The notes under the pieces are model-generated. The model did not search any database. It was not told the DNA's origin and saw only the letters and a list, made by a program, of their open reading frames with translations. A program made the translations under genes and the position numbers. From NCBI GenBank assembly GCA_032128115.1, contig JAQBHB010000030.1, positions 1-47,988 of the forward strand: a stretch of 47,988 nucleotides of DNA, read 5' to 3'. Origin of the DNA: Deltaproteobacteria bacterium (GTDB lineage Bacteria > Myxococcota_A > UBA9160 > SMWR01). Below are positions 31,085 to 41,717 of the stretch, in pieces; position 1 is the stretch's first letter; each line of letters begins with the position of its first letter.

Positions 31085-32868
31085 CAGAAGAACAGGCAAA
31101 GATCACCAGGTCGGACGTCGTCGCACGCGTGCGCCGCTTCGCCGCCCTGCGTGCCGCCCAGCGGGCGCTCAGCCCTTCGGTCCGCTCGCCCGAAACCCTC
31201 CCCGACCTGGTCCCGCTGCGCGCCCTGCGCAGCCAGCTCCAGGCGCTGATGGCGGCCGTCGAGAGCCGGGACAAGGGCGAAGCCGCCGACCCGACCCTGG
31301 ACACCTTCGGGGCCGACATGGCCCTCGATGGCTACGCCCGCCAGCTGCGGCTGGTGGCCGGCGGCGTGACGCTGCCACAGCTCCGCGCCTCGCTTCCCGA
31401 GCTCGCCAAGCAGCAGCGCGACGAGGTGGTGGCTCTTCTCGACCTGCTCATCGAGGAGGACGGGGGGATCGACTCGCGCATGTCAGTGATCGACTACCTG
31501 ATCACACTGCTGTGCGTGGTTCGCCAGGGGGACTCCTGGTCCATGGTCGTCGACCCACCCAACGTGAGCGAAGGCGCGCGGGCGCGATCCCTGGGCACTC
31601 CGCCGTGCGATCCGGAGCGTCAGAACGAGATCTTCAGGCGGTTCCTGAATGCCATGGAACAGCTCAAGGCCGGCGGCAACGCCGACTCGGTCCTTGGCGA
31701 GATGCGAAAATACAAGCAGGAGATCGGCGCGTACTTCTTCGCGCCCGAGATCATGCGCTGTGTGGTCTCCTACAACCTGGCGGTGCGCACCCACCGCGAG
31801 GCGCAGATCGCGGCGGTTCGTGCCATGGACCGCGAGGTCGATTTGGACCCGATCGCCGCCGAGCGGCCCCCCGAGACGGCTGCGCCCGCGGCCGCCCCGG
31901 AGACCCCGCCCACGGCGCTCGGCGCCGAAGGGCTGGCTGCGATCGAGGCCGCCATCGGGCAGTGCATTGCCGGCCGGGAGTCTGCCGCCGGAACCGCCGG
32001 CGAGATCGCCGACCGCGTCGACATCGCCGGGATCCCGCCGGAGGTCAGGGAAGCCTTCCAGGGCGGCGGAACCAGCGAGGTGCAGACCCTGATCCGCCGG
32101 ATCGCGGTGCTCGGGCTGGTGGCCGAGAAGCATGCCGAGCTTGCGCCGCAGCGAGCGGCCCTGGGAATCAGCAACGGCTTCTTCGAGGAGCAGCTGCTCG
32201 AGACCTCCGAGCGCGTGCGGCGCGAGACCAACGATCTGATCGCCAGCAACGGCTACGAGCATGCCCGCATCCTTTCGGAGCTGCAGTCCCGCTACCTGTT
32301 CAATCCCCTGATCAAGGCCCGCCAGGCCCAGGCTCCCGCAAAGCCCAGGAAGAGCGCGGCGCCCGCTGGCTCGCTGGATGGCGGCGACCTGGCGCGCATC
32401 GCCAATCGCATGGCGCAGCCGCGTGGGCACCGGCCCGCGCGCCAGAAGCCCAAGAAGCAGAGCGGCCAGATGCTGCGCTGGACGCTGGCGACCGTCGCCC
32501 TGGGCCTGTGTGCGGCGCTGGCGAACCAGGTTGCCCCCAACTCCCGGACCGCCGGCGAGCTGACCCCGGAGCAGCTTCGCATCCTCTCCCCGCTGCTGGC
32601 GCAGGGCTATCGCAACCAGGCGGGCAAGGGCCCCGTCTTCATCGGGACCCTGGCGAGCCAGTGGGACGAGTTGGAGCGCTCGCAGCGCAAGCAGGGCGCC
32701 GAAACCATCCACACGCGCCTGGGCCTGGTGGGCGTGCGCGAGCTCATGCTCTTCGACGCGACGAAAAGGCTCCAGGTCCACTACGTGGGCAACAAGAACA
32801 AGTATCCGGATTGGGACAAGGCCCCGCAGCCCAGGAAGGCCATGCGGACGTTCCGCCGCAAGAAGTGA
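31081..32868 (+). CDS. Hypothetical helical protein with one TM near the C-terminus
   Basis: GTGA overlap with the upstream stop, natural codon usage, TM at MLRWTLATVALGLCAALA. Confidence 0.75.
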   Translation: MTEEQAKITRSDVVARVRRFAALRAAQRALSPSVRSPETLPDLVPLRALRSQLQALMAAVESRDKGEAADPTLDTFGADMALDGYARQLRLVAGGVTLPQLRASLPELAKQQRDEVVALLDLLIEEDGGIDSRMSVIDYLITLLCVVRQGDSWSMVVDPPNVSEGARARSLGTPPCDPERQNEIFRRFLNAMEQLKAGGNADSVLGEMRKYKQEIGAYFFAPEIMRCVVSYNLAVRTHREAQIAAVRAMDREVDLDPIAAERPPETAAPAAAPETPPTALGAEGLAAIEAAIGQCIAGRESAAGTAGEIADRVDIAGIPPEVREAFQGGGTSEVQTLIRRIAVLGLVAEKHAELAPQRAALGISNGFFEEQLLETSERVRRETNDLIASNGYEHARILSELQSRYLFNPLIKARQAQAPAKPRKSAAPAGSLDGGDLARIANRMAQPRGHRPARQKPKKQSGQMLRWTLATVALGLCAALANQVAPNSRTAGELTPEQLRILSPLLAQGYRNQAGKGPVFIGTLASQWDELERSQRKQGAETIHTRLGLVGVRELMLFDATKRLQVHYVGNKNKYPDWDKAPQPRKAMRTFRRKK

Positions 32869-32973
32869 CACCGCCGCTGCGCACGCTTGCGCCGTGAGCC
32901 ACGGTCCCCGCCTCCCACGCAGATACCGCGTGACCTATCCTCGCCGGTTCGAGCATCCCAGGGGGGGAGCGCC

Positions 32974-33981
32974 ATGGCGCACACGATCGGCCTGATTCCC
33001 GGGGATGGAATCGGCCCGGAAGTCACGGAAGCGGCGCGCGCCGTGATCGATGCCGCCTGTCCCGGAATCGACTGGATCCGTCTGGACGCGGGCGCAGCGG
33101 CAGCCGACGAACACGGCGATGTGCTGCCCCAGGCCACCATCGACGCCATCGCGGAGCACCGGCTGGCCCTCAAGGGTCCCGTCACGACTCCGGTGGGCGG
33201 CGGCTTCCCCAGTGTGAACGTCCAGCTGCGCAAGCGCTTCAACCTGTACGCCGCCGTGCGCCCGGTGCGTTCCCTACCCGGACTCCGCACCCGCTATGAG
33301 GACGTAGATCTCGTCGTGGTGCGAGAGAACACGGAGGGCCTCTATTCGGGGCTCGAGCACGAAGTCGTCCCGGGTGTGGTGGAGAGCCTCAAGATCGCCA
33401 CGCGCACGGGCTGCACCCGGATCGCGCGATTCGCGTTCCATTACGCCCGCGAGCGCGGCCGCCGCAAGGTCACCGTGTTCCACAAGGCCAACATCATGAA
33501 GCTTTCCGACGGACTCTTCCTCGAGTGCGCCCGCGAGATGCACCAGGAGGTGGCCCCGGAGATCGAGTACGAGGAGCTCATCATCGACAACGGCTGCATG
33601 CAGTTGGTGCGCGACCCCACCCAGTTCGACGTGCTGTTGCTGGAGAACCTCTACGGCGATGTGGTGAGCGACCTGTGCGCGGGCTTCGTCGGCGGCCTGG
33701 GCGTCGTGCCCGGCTCGAACATCGGAGACGGGTGCGCGATTTTCGAGGCGGTTCACGGCAGCGCGCCGGACCTGGCGGGCAAGGGCCTCGCCAATCCCCT
33801 GGCCCTGATCATGAGCGGCGTGATGATGCTGAACCACATGGGGGAGCGGGTCGCGGCCGAACGAATCAAGGCGGCCTACGACGCCGTGCTCGAGCAGGGC
33901 GACCCCGAGCGGCTCACCCGCGACATGGGCGGGCGCGCGGGCACCCGAGAGTTCGCAGCGGCGCTCATCGAGCGGCTGTGA
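32974..33981 (+). CDS. Isocitrate/isopropylmalate dehydrogenase family (NAD-IDH-like)
   Basis: IPGDGIGPEV, LKGP, SVNVQLRK, RENTEGLY, HKANIMK, NLYGD, FEAVHGSAPD. Confidence 0.93.
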   Translation: MAHTIGLIPGDGIGPEVTEAARAVIDAACPGIDWIRLDAGAAAADEHGDVLPQATIDAIAEHRLALKGPVTTPVGGGFPSVNVQLRKRFNLYAAVRPVRSLPGLRTRYEDVDLVVVRENTEGLYSGLEHEVVPGVVESLKIATRTGCTRIARFAFHYARERGRRKVTVFHKANIMKLSDGLFLECAREMHQEVAPEIEYEELIIDNGCMQLVRDPTQFDVLLLENLYGDVVSDLCAGFVGGLGVVPGSNIGDGCAIFEAVHGSAPDLAGKGLANPLALIMSGVMMLNHMGERVAAERIKAAYDAVLEQGDPERLTRDMGGRAGTREFAAALIERL

Positions 33982-35540
33982 CCCTGCGCTGGGTGGCGGC
34001 GGCCCTGCTGGCCGCGTTCTCGCTGGGGCTGATCGCCCTGACTCCGGAAGAGCACTGGCGCCCGGAGTGGGACAGTGCCGTCTACCTGCTGGGTGCCCGT
34101 TCCATCGACCGGGGCAACGGCTACCGCTACCTGGGAGAGCCCCTCTTCCTGCGGCCGCCCGGACTCTCCGTGGCCTTGTCGTGGTTCACGGTCGACGGCG
34201 AATTCGACTACCCGCTCCTGAACCGGGGGATCGCCACCAGCGCGGCGGCGGCGGTCGCCGCAATCTTCCTGGCGTTTCGCCGCCGCCACGGAGACGCAGG
34301 AGCCCTGGCCATCGCACTGCTCACGGGCACCTCCGCCGTGTTCGTGCAACGCCTCGGCTGGGTGGACTCGGAGTTTCCGTTCCTCGCGTGCCTGTTCGCG
34401 GGCGTGGCGTGCCTGGAGGCGGCGGACCGCCACGGGAGACACGGCCGACTCGCGGCCGCCGCTGGCGCGGTGTTGCTGGCGGGCGCCGTCCAGCTTCGCA
34501 CGGTGGCCCTGCTCGCCCTGCCTGGCGCCGTGTGGACGGGGCTCCGGAGCCGCCTGTGGCGGGGCCTGGCCGGCGCCGCCGCGGCGCTGGTGCTGAGCGT
34601 TCCCTGGGCCCTGGAAGCCTCCTCCCGCGCCCACGATGCCCGGCGCCCGGTGGAGCAGTTGAAGCTGTTCGACTACGCCACCGCCATGTGGCACCAGGAT
34701 CCCGGCGATCCCGGTTCCGAGCGATTGCATGCCCGCGACTGGATCGGACGCGTGAGGCGCAACGGTTCGCGGATTGCGGCGGACCTGACCGCCACCACGC
34801 TGGGAACGGCGGCCGCGGGAGCGCAGGTGCTGGTGGTCGCCGCCCTCGCGTCAGGCTTTGCGCTGGCACTCCGGCGCGGCGCGGGGCTCCTGGAGTGGTT
34901 CGGCGCCGCCTATCTGGTTCTGCTGCTCACGTACTTCGCCTATGTGCCCCGGCTCCTGCTCCCGCTGGTTCCCATCGCGTATGCGTGGTGGGTAACCCTG
35001 GCCGTCTGGGCGGCGGAGCACGCCGGTCAATACCTGGGGCACCGCCTGCGCTGGCAGCGCGGCTGCACGAGTCTGGCAGCCGCCCTGTTGTGCGTGAACA
35101 CCGCCGCCCTGTTGTGCGTGAACGCCGCCGCCGTGCCCAATTCCCTGGCCGCCGGGGAGCGCCCCATGGGCGTGAGCAGCGACGGCGAGCAACGCTCCCT
35201 GGGCACCCAGGCCGACCGCTGGGCCGACTACCGGCGCGCCGCGGACTGGCTCCGGCAGCACACGCCCCGCGACGCCGTGATCGCCGCCGACTTCGCCCCG
35301 ATCGTTTCGCTGCTCTCGGACCGCACCACGGTCACCACGCGGTTCCAACGCGAGCCGGACCTGCTGGGACGAGCCGGCGCCAACTACGCCGTCTGCTTCT
35401 GGTGGACCCGCCGCGAGTTCGAAGCGCAGGCGGCGGAACGGGTGCGCAACCGCACGCAGCTGCCGAGCCATTTCGACGGCGAGTGGATCCGCATCTACGA
35501 ACTCGAAACACCGCCGGCCGCCCCTGGCGCGGCTCGATAG
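33978..35540 (+). CDS. GT-C (ArnT/PMT-like) membrane glycosyltransferase
   Basis: GTGA overlap with the upstream gene, first-loop WDSAVY...RPPG, SEFPF, about 10 TM segments, and WL..HTP.DAVI. Confidence 0.7.
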   Translation: MTLRWVAAALLAAFSLGLIALTPEEHWRPEWDSAVYLLGARSIDRGNGYRYLGEPLFLRPPGLSVALSWFTVDGEFDYPLLNRGIATSAAAAVAAIFLAFRRRHGDAGALAIALLTGTSAVFVQRLGWVDSEFPFLACLFAGVACLEAADRHGRHGRLAAAAGAVLLAGAVQLRTVALLALPGAVWTGLRSRLWRGLAGAAAALVLSVPWALEASSRAHDARRPVEQLKLFDYATAMWHQDPGDPGSERLHARDWIGRVRRNGSRIAADLTATTLGTAAAGAQVLVVAALASGFALALRRGAGLLEWFGAAYLVLLLTYFAYVPRLLLPLVPIAYAWWVTLAVWAAEHAGQYLGHRLRWQRGCTSLAAALLCVNTAALLCVNAAAVPNSLAAGERPMGVSSDGEQRSLGTQADRWADYRRAADWLRQHTPRDAVIAADFAPIVSLLSDRTTVTTRFQREPDLLGRAGANYAVCFWWTRREFEAQAAERVRNRTQLPSHFDGEWIRIYELETPPAAPGAAR

Positions 35541-35549
35541 ACTTCCCCC

Positions 35550-36950
35550 ATGGCCCGAGCCCGCGCACGAAGAAGCAGGATCGCGGGCGCCGCCAGCGCG
35601 TGGCTGCTGGCCCTCTGCGCGACCCTCCCGGCCTGCCGAGGCCCGGCCGAGACGCGCAACCTGGTGTTCATCGTGGTGGACACCCTGCGCTGGGACCGGC
35701 TGGCCTCCTACGGCTACCACCGGGTCACGTCCCCCAGCCTGGACGCCCTGGCCGAGGAGGGCACGCGCTTCGAGCGGGCCTACGCCACGGCGCCCTGGAC
35801 CATGCCCTCGATCGCATCGATGATCACCGGTCGCTACCCCACCGGACACGGCGTGCTCACGGCCATGACGGCCATGCCCCAGAGTGCCATCACCCTGGCG
35901 GAGATCCTGTACGGCCGCGGCTTCCGCACGGCTGGCGTGGTGAGCAACCACCTGATCATGAACCGGCGCGGCAAGGGATTCACCCAGGGCTTCGAGATCT
36001 ACCAGGGATCCGAGTCGAAGGGACACGACCACATGTCGACCGACGGCATCACCAACCAGGCCATTCACAACCTGGACATGCTTGCGACCACGGGTGATCG
36101 CTTCTTCCTGTTCGTCCACTACTTCGACCCCCACTTCAACTACCTGCCCCACCCGGAGGTCGACTTCGCCCCCCCGCGTGTGGGCCGGCTCGACGGCAGC
36201 CACGACATCCACCAGCTTCGCAACCTGCTGAAGCACCTCTCCCAGCAGGAAATCGACTTCCTGATGGACCTCTACGACGAGGAGATCTTCTTCACCGACA
36301 CGGGGATCGCCCGGCTGCTCGATCACCTGCGAGAGCTCGACCTCTACGACGAGACGCTGATCGTGATGGCCTCGGACCACGGGGAGGAGTTCCGGGAGCA
36401 CGGCTGGATCGGACACACGCGCACCCTCTACCAGGAACTCGTGCGGGTCCCGTTCCTGATCTCGTCGCCAAATCAGCGAAACCAGGCGCGCGTGGTGCCG
36501 GAGCCCGTGTCGCTGGTCTCGATTCTTCCTACGGTCCTCGAGCTGCTTGGCGTGGAGGAGTCCGGACTCGCCTTCCATGGGCCATCCCTGGCGGGGCGTG
36601 TCCGCGGCGAGCCGGCCTCGGGCAGCGGCTATGTGCTGGCCGAGGTGGGCTTCCTGCCCCCCGGCCAGCCCCAGGGTGCCAAACGCGCCTTCAAGAAGGC
36701 CCTGATGGGCGAGCGCTACAAGCTGATTCGCGACGAGGAGACCGACGCGCTCGAGCTCTACGACCTGCAGGAAGATCCGGGTGAGACGGACAATCTGGCC
36801 GACGCGAGACCCGAGCTACGCGACCGCCTGGTGCGCGAACTCGACCAGCAGCTATCACGCGCCCGCGACGGCGCCACCGCCCCGGACATCCGCCACCTGA
36901 CCGACGAAGAGATCGAGACCCTCCGCGAGCTCGGCTACGTGGACCCCTGA
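35550..36950 (+). CDS. Sulfatase-like lipoprotein with Thr at the nucleophile position
   Basis: Lipobox LPAC, NLVFIVVDTLRWD, PWTMPSIASMITG, HYFDPH, SDHGE, C-terminal LRELGYV. Confidence 0.9.
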   Translation: MARARARRSRIAGAASAWLLALCATLPACRGPAETRNLVFIVVDTLRWDRLASYGYHRVTSPSLDALAEEGTRFERAYATAPWTMPSIASMITGRYPTGHGVLTAMTAMPQSAITLAEILYGRGFRTAGVVSNHLIMNRRGKGFTQGFEIYQGSESKGHDHMSTDGITNQAIHNLDMLATTGDRFFLFVHYFDPHFNYLPHPEVDFAPPRVGRLDGSHDIHQLRNLLKHLSQQEIDFLMDLYDEEIFFTDTGIARLLDHLRELDLYDETLIVMASDHGEEFREHGWIGHTRTLYQELVRVPFLISSPNQRNQARVVPEPVSLVSILPTVLELLGVEESGLAFHGPSLAGRVRGEPASGSGYVLAEVGFLPPGQPQGAKRAFKKALMGERYKLIRDEETDALELYDLQEDPGETDNLADARPELRDRLVRELDQQLSRARDGATAPDIRHLTDEEIETLRELGYVDP

Positions 36951-36951
36951 A

Positions 36952-38298
36952 CTATTTCAGGGCCTCGAGCAGCCGCTGGAAGTTGGGCTCCTCACGCAGC
37001 AGCCGGCGGCCCGCCTCGCGCAGGTCCTGAACGGTGGTGTCGTCGAGGAAGAAGCTCGTGGGAATCAGCTTGAAGTAGCTGCGTCTCTCTTGGTCGGGAA
37101 TCGAGTCGAAGCTCACGTCGATCAGGTAGGGCTTTATCGCATGCTGGCCTCCCCGCGAGAGATCGGCCGCCCAGCGATCCATGGAATCCTGCACCAGCAG
37201 CAGCGTCTCCAGGTTGTAGCGACGGATCTGCGAGCCGGAGATCGAACTCATCATGGACGCCAATGACGGCGACGCGGCGCTCAGGTCGATGCTGGGGTCC
37301 GGGTCGGTCTCGGCGTTCACCACGATCAAGACGAAGTGCTCGGGCGCCTCGACCCCCATCGCCTCACGCACGCGATCCGCGCCGCCGGCCGCGGCGGTCA
37401 GTTCGATGCTGAAGCGCAGCCCCAGGTTGTCCGCGATCCCCCCGTCCACCAGGTGGATGAACTCCCTGCGGTCGGTATCCACGAAGTCGGCGAACGAGAG
37501 CGCCGCCTCGTAGCGCCGCCGGTCCATCCCCCGCAACTGCAGCGCGTCTTCGATCAGCTTCGGGAGCACGAAGCCGCAGGTCCCCGCGAAGTTCCGGAGG
37601 GTGATGGGGGTGAGGAGCACCGGAACCGCCGACGAAGCAGCCACGGCGGTCGCCACGGGAAGCACGTCCAGGTTGGAGCAGATCACGTCGAACTGTCCCT
37701 GGCTGAAGGTGAAGCGGTAGCCGTGGGAGAGATCCGTGGCGTTGATGTGGATGTGGGGCCCCGGAGCCGCGGCCAGATCGGCGAAGGTGGCACCGTCGAA
37801 GACCTTCCGGTCGTAATACTGGCTGGCCAGCATGCTGCGCGTGAGATAGGGCGAAAACAGGCGCAGCAGGTTCCAGGGCCGCAGGGCCTGGAAGAACAGC
37901 GCCCGCTGGATGTTGCGGTTCAGGAATTTTTCTTCGAAGTCCTCGAAGATGCGGTCGCCGAAGAGCCCGTAGTAGACGGCCGGAAAGGTGCCACCCGAGA
38001 CGGCGCTGATCACGTCGATCTCGTGCACCAGCTGGACGGGCTTGCCCTCGATGGTCACCAGCGTGTCGCGCAACTCCTCCATCACGCCGTAGGCGAAGGC
38101 GGCCGCGCGGGTGCCGCCGCCCGAGAAGGCGAGCGAGAGCCAGACGCCTCCCGGCTCGCGGCCCCGGTGTTTGAGCGACTGCCGGTAGCCCCTTGTCGGG
38201 TCCACCTGCTCCAGCGGCTCGTTGACCACCTGGAAGCTCGCGCAGCCCCCGATCGCGAGCGACAACGCGCATCCCGCCGCGAACCGGACCCCCTTCAT
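36952..38298 (-). CDS. Patatin-like phospholipase lipoprotein
   Basis: Lipobox IGGC, SGGGTRA, AVSGG nucleophile elbow, ASSAVP, DGG. Confidence 0.9.
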   Translation of the reverse strand: MKGVRFAAGCALSLAIGGCASFQVVNEPLEQVDPTRGYRQSLKHRGREPGGVWLSLAFSGGGTRAAAFAYGVMEELRDTLVTIEGKPVQLVHEIDVISAVSGGTFPAVYYGLFGDRIFEDFEEKFLNRNIQRALFFQALRPWNLLRLFSPYLTRSMLASQYYDRKVFDGATFADLAAAPGPHIHINATDLSHGYRFTFSQGQFDVICSNLDVLPVATAVAASSAVPVLLTPITLRNFAGTCGFVLPKLIEDALQLRGMDRRRYEAALSFADFVDTDRREFIHLVDGGIADNLGLRFSIELTAAAGGADRVREAMGVEAPEHFVLIVVNAETDPDPSIDLSAASPSLASMMSSISGSQIRRYNLETLLLVQDSMDRWAADLSRGGQHAIKPYLIDVSFDSIPDQERRSYFKLIPTSFFLDDTTVQDLREAGRRLLREEPNFQRLLEALK

Positions 38299-39911
38299 GG
38301 CTTCCCCCTTTCCGGGATTCTATCCGCGTCGAGCGCCAGAATGCTCACGCGCCCGCCGCCCAGGGCCGCATGCGGCTCTCCCACCACCGTCACGACTTCG
38401 CACCAGACCTCCGGCCCGGTCCAACAGCGGGTGTTGAGGAGCGCGGGATTGAGGTCCACCAGGTAGTCGAGCCGGGCCGCCTGCATGTACCCGGGCAGCC
38501 GGTTCTCGCGCTTCGCGCGGTAGGCGTCGGCGTTGACCACCCCGTCCAGGTTCACCACGGTGCGATCGCTGAAGTAGGTCAGGATGCCCGAGTTGAACGA
38601 GCCGATCCGGGCGCCGGGCGCCGTGTAGGCCTCGATCCAGCGGGCCGCCGCCCACTGGTTCTCCCGGTGCGGCGAGGGGTGGATCCAGAGATCCGAGCGA
38701 TGCGGGCCGAACCACAGCAGTCCTGCCAGCGCGTAGATCGCATAGGCGGCGACCACGGCGCGATCGCCGCCCCGCGACCCGGCGAGTCCCCGCTGGAGCC
38801 GGTCGAGCCCCACCCCGAGCAGAAGCGTTGCCAGCAGCGCCACCGGGGCGAAGTACCACTCGCGCAGCCACCAGCGGATGCCGGCGTGGTAGAGCAACGC
38901 CAGCAGGATGCCGGCGCCCGGCACCATCAGCAGCTCGACCTGACGCAGCGTTCGCCGCCGCTCCGTCGCCGGCGGGGCCCACACCAGCAGCGCGGCGCCC
39001 GCCGCCAGCGCCGCGAAGAAGGGCAGCGTCGAGAATCCGCGCGGAACCCAGTAGAGATGGGGAAGCTGGCCGGTGAAGGCCCGCCACGTGAGGTCTCCCC
39101 CCCGCGACAGCCAGACCGAAAGTCCCTCGCCATGCTCGGCCAGGTAGTGGGCCTGGTGGGGTCCGGCGATGGCCACACTGCTCACCTGGACGAGGGTGCC
39201 GAACGCAGCCAGGTTCCAGACCACCCAGGGCAGCAGCACGACACCGGCGGCAGCAGCCAGGGCCCCCAGCGTCTGCCAGCGCTGACGTCCCGGCTGGCGC
39301 AGGAAGAAGCAGCCGGCCATCAGTGGCAATACGAAGAGCGTATCCGTGCGTGCCAGCATCATGAGGCCCGCGCCCGCCCCCAGGAGGGCAGTGTCCCGCA
39401 GGGGGGGCGTAGGCTGGCGGGCCAGGCGCACGAAGCCCCACACGACGAAGGCGATGCAGAAGACGGCCAGCCCGGTCTCGAGCCCGTTCACGCTCTCCGC
39501 CACCAACAGGGGATGCACGGCGGGAAAGGCGGCGGCGGCCAGGGCGGCGGCGGGCCGCACTGCAAGCTCGCGCAGGGTGGCGTAGACGAGCGCCACCGTG
39601 CCGGTTCCGAACACGGCGGACAGGCTCAGGCCCAGATGCAGCCCCAGGGAGGCCTGCTGGGTAACGGCGAAGACGGGGGTGAGCAGCAGCAGCCACAGGG
39701 GGTGGAAGCCGTTGGTCGGGGTCTCGCCGTCGGTGCTCACACCGGCACCCGCCGCCAGATTCTTGGCAATCTGGAAGTAGTAGTAGGCGTCGTCGGAAGT
39801 GACGTCGCGGATCAGACGCGGGAGGTCATCCCAGGCCACGGCGAGGCGCAGGCCCAGGGCCACGGCGAGCAGGGCCACGAGCCAGCAGCGCGGGTCGGCG
39901 AGCAAGGCCAC
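38295..39911 (-). CDS. GT-C-like membrane glycosyltransferase
   Basis: SDDAYYY..IA.N, TNGFHPLW, GLET, ARTD, many TM segments, C-terminal NSG..YFSDR.V.NLDG.VN. Confidence 0.75.
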   Translation of the reverse strand: MALLADPRCWLVALLAVALGLRLAVAWDDLPRLIRDVTSDDAYYYFQIAKNLAAGAGVSTDGETPTNGFHPLWLLLLTPVFAVTQQASLGLHLGLSLSAVFGTGTVALVYATLRELAVRPAAALAAAAFPAVHPLLVAESVNGLETGLAVFCIAFVVWGFVRLARQPTPPLRDTALLGAGAGLMMLARTDTLFVLPLMAGCFFLRQPGRQRWQTLGALAAAAGVVLLPWVVWNLAAFGTLVQVSSVAIAGPHQAHYLAEHGEGLSVWLSRGGDLTWRAFTGQLPHLYWVPRGFSTLPFFAALAAGAALLVWAPPATERRRTLRQVELLMVPGAGILLALLYHAGIRWWLREWYFAPVALLATLLLGVGLDRLQRGLAGSRGGDRAVVAAYAIYALAGLLWFGPHRSDLWIHPSPHRENQWAAARWIEAYTAPGARIGSFNSGILTYFSDRTVVNLDGVVNADAYRAKRENRLPGYMQAARLDYLVDLNPALLNTRCWTGPEVWCEVVTVVGEPHAALGGGRVSILALDADRIPERGKP

Positions 39912-39962
39912 GAGCCAGCAGCGCGGGTCGGCGAGCCGAGCCGGGGTCCGCAGTGCGACGCC

Positions 39963-41162
39963 TCAGCGGGGCTCGAACGCCACCGGCAGTGTCTCGAGGC
40001 CGATGATGAAGTTGGAGGGTCGCAGGGGCGGAGGATCGTCGCTGACCAGCCGAAGGTCCTGCAGCCGGCGCATGAGTTCCTCGAACATGACCCGCAGCTC
40101 CAGGCGAGCCAGCGGCGCGCCCAGGCAGAAATGCGCACCGTAGCCGCCGAAGGCCACGTGATCGTTGGGGGTCCGCTCCACATCGAATCGGAACGGATCC
40201 TCGAAGACGCTCTCGTCCCGATTTCCCGACGGGTAGAGCAACAGCACCTTGTCGCCCTCGCGGAGTTTCTGGCCAGCGACCTCCAGATCGCGGGTCAGCG
40301 TGCGGTTCATGTTCTGGATGGGGGTCACCCAGCGCAGCATCTCTTCCACCGCAGTGGGGATCTTCCCAGGGTCGTCCACCAGCTTCTGGCGCTGGTCCGG
40401 GTGCTGGATCAGCTGGTGCATGCCGCCGGTGATCACGTGGCGCGTGGTCTCGTCGCCACCCACCAGGATCAGCAGCGATTCCTGGAGGAGTTCCTCGTCG
40501 TCGAGCTTCTCGCCATCGATCTCCGCGTGCACGAGCACGCTCATCAGGTCGTCCAGGGGCGGTCGCGAGCGGCGATCGGCGATCACCCTGCGCGCGTACG
40601 CCGCATACTCTCCCGCGGCCTTCATGGCGCCAGCCGCAGCTTCGGGGGTGGCGCTGGCGGATGTGCCCAGGATCAGGTCGTCGGACCAGCGCAGCAGCAT
40701 GTCGCGGTCCTCGGGCGCAACCCCGAGCATGTCGCCGATGATGATCATGGGAAGCGGTGCGGCGATGTCGTGAACGAAGTCGCAGCGACCCTTCGCGGCC
40801 ACCGCATCGATGAGCTCGTTGCAGATGGCACGGATCTTGGGTTCGTGGTCGGCCACGCGACGGGGCGTGAAGCCGCGATTCACCAGGTTGCGTCGCCGTT
40901 TGTGAAGCGGGTCGTCCAGGTTGATCATCGACGGGATTGCGGGCGCGTCGGGCCGGGACGAGAAGCGACTGCAGAACGTGCCTGGATCCCTGGAGAAACC
41001 CATGATGTGGGCGTGCCGCGAAACCCCCCAGATTTCGTTTTTCTCGTCCCAATAGAGAGGCGCATGCGCCCGCATCCACGTAAAGGCGGGATGCGCATCG
41101 TTGGCGTAGAACTTTCCGTCGAGTAGATCGATGTCCGGCTGATCCGCCACGCGGTCCAGCAT
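39963..41162 (-). CDS. Cytochrome P450, CYP142-like
   Basis: GGDETT I-helix, EEMLRW (ExxR), heme motif FGGYGAHFCLG. Segments AAPLPM.IIGDMLGV, LRWSDDL and PLRPSNF resemble mycobacterial CYP142 as recalled. Confidence 0.92.
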   Translation of the reverse strand: MLDRVADQPDIDLLDGKFYANDAHPAFTWMRAHAPLYWDEKNEIWGVSRHAHIMGFSRDPGTFCSRFSSRPDAPAIPSMINLDDPLHKRRRNLVNRGFTPRRVADHEPKIRAICNELIDAVAAKGRCDFVHDIAAPLPMIIIGDMLGVAPEDRDMLLRWSDDLILGTSASATPEAAAGAMKAAGEYAAYARRVIADRRSRPPLDDLMSVLVHAEIDGEKLDDEELLQESLLILVGGDETTRHVITGGMHQLIQHPDQRQKLVDDPGKIPTAVEEMLRWVTPIQNMNRTLTRDLEVAGQKLREGDKVLLLYPSGNRDESVFEDPFRFDVERTPNDHVAFGGYGAHFCLGAPLARLELRVMFEELMRRLQDLRLVSDDPPPLRPSNFIIGLETLPVAFEPR

Positions 41163-41177
41163 AACCCCGTCCCCGTT

Positions 41178-41576
41178 CTAGTGCGACGCGTCGACGGCCA
41201 GGCCCACCTCTTGCCCGAACGATACCTCCAGGGTGTGACCGTCCGGGTCGCGGATGAAGGCCCAGTAGCCAACGGGCGGACCGTAATCCAGGGGCCCGCC
41301 GATCAGGCAGTCCTCGTTCTGGGCCAGTGAGCACAGGCGATCCACTTCTTCGCGGCTCTCGCAGCCGACGCCCAGGTGGGCGAACGGAACCAGCGGATTC
41401 GGCACGTCCTCCGCCTCGAGCAAGACGATCGCGAAGGGTCGCGTCTGGTCACTCAGCCACACGACACCGGGCCGGCGATGCACCGTCTGCATGCGTGCGT
41501 ATTTCGCGTAGAAGGCGACCGCGGTGTCCAGGTTTCGCACCGGGAGCGCTACGTGGGTGAGACCGATGTCCTTCAC
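41178..41576 (-). CDS. VOC family protein
   Basis: GTG 41576; LTHVALPVRNLD...FY, HLGV, GYWAFIRDPDGHTLEVS. Confidence 0.88.
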   Translation of the reverse strand: MKDIGLTHVALPVRNLDTAVAFYAKYARMQTVHRRPGVVWLSDQTRPFAIVLLEAEDVPNPLVPFAHLGVGCESREEVDRLCSLAQNEDCLIGGPLDYGPPVGYWAFIRDPDGHTLEVSFGQEVGLAVDASH

Positions 41577-41717
41577 CGAGCCCTCTAGGGGGGAATACGG
41601 AGGGAGGAATTCGGAATCGAGCCTAGCATGCGAACGATCGATTCTCCGGGGCAAGACGGGAAATCGCGCCCGCGACGTGGTATGTCGTGAGCTGGAAGAG
41701 ACGCGCGGCCCGACATC

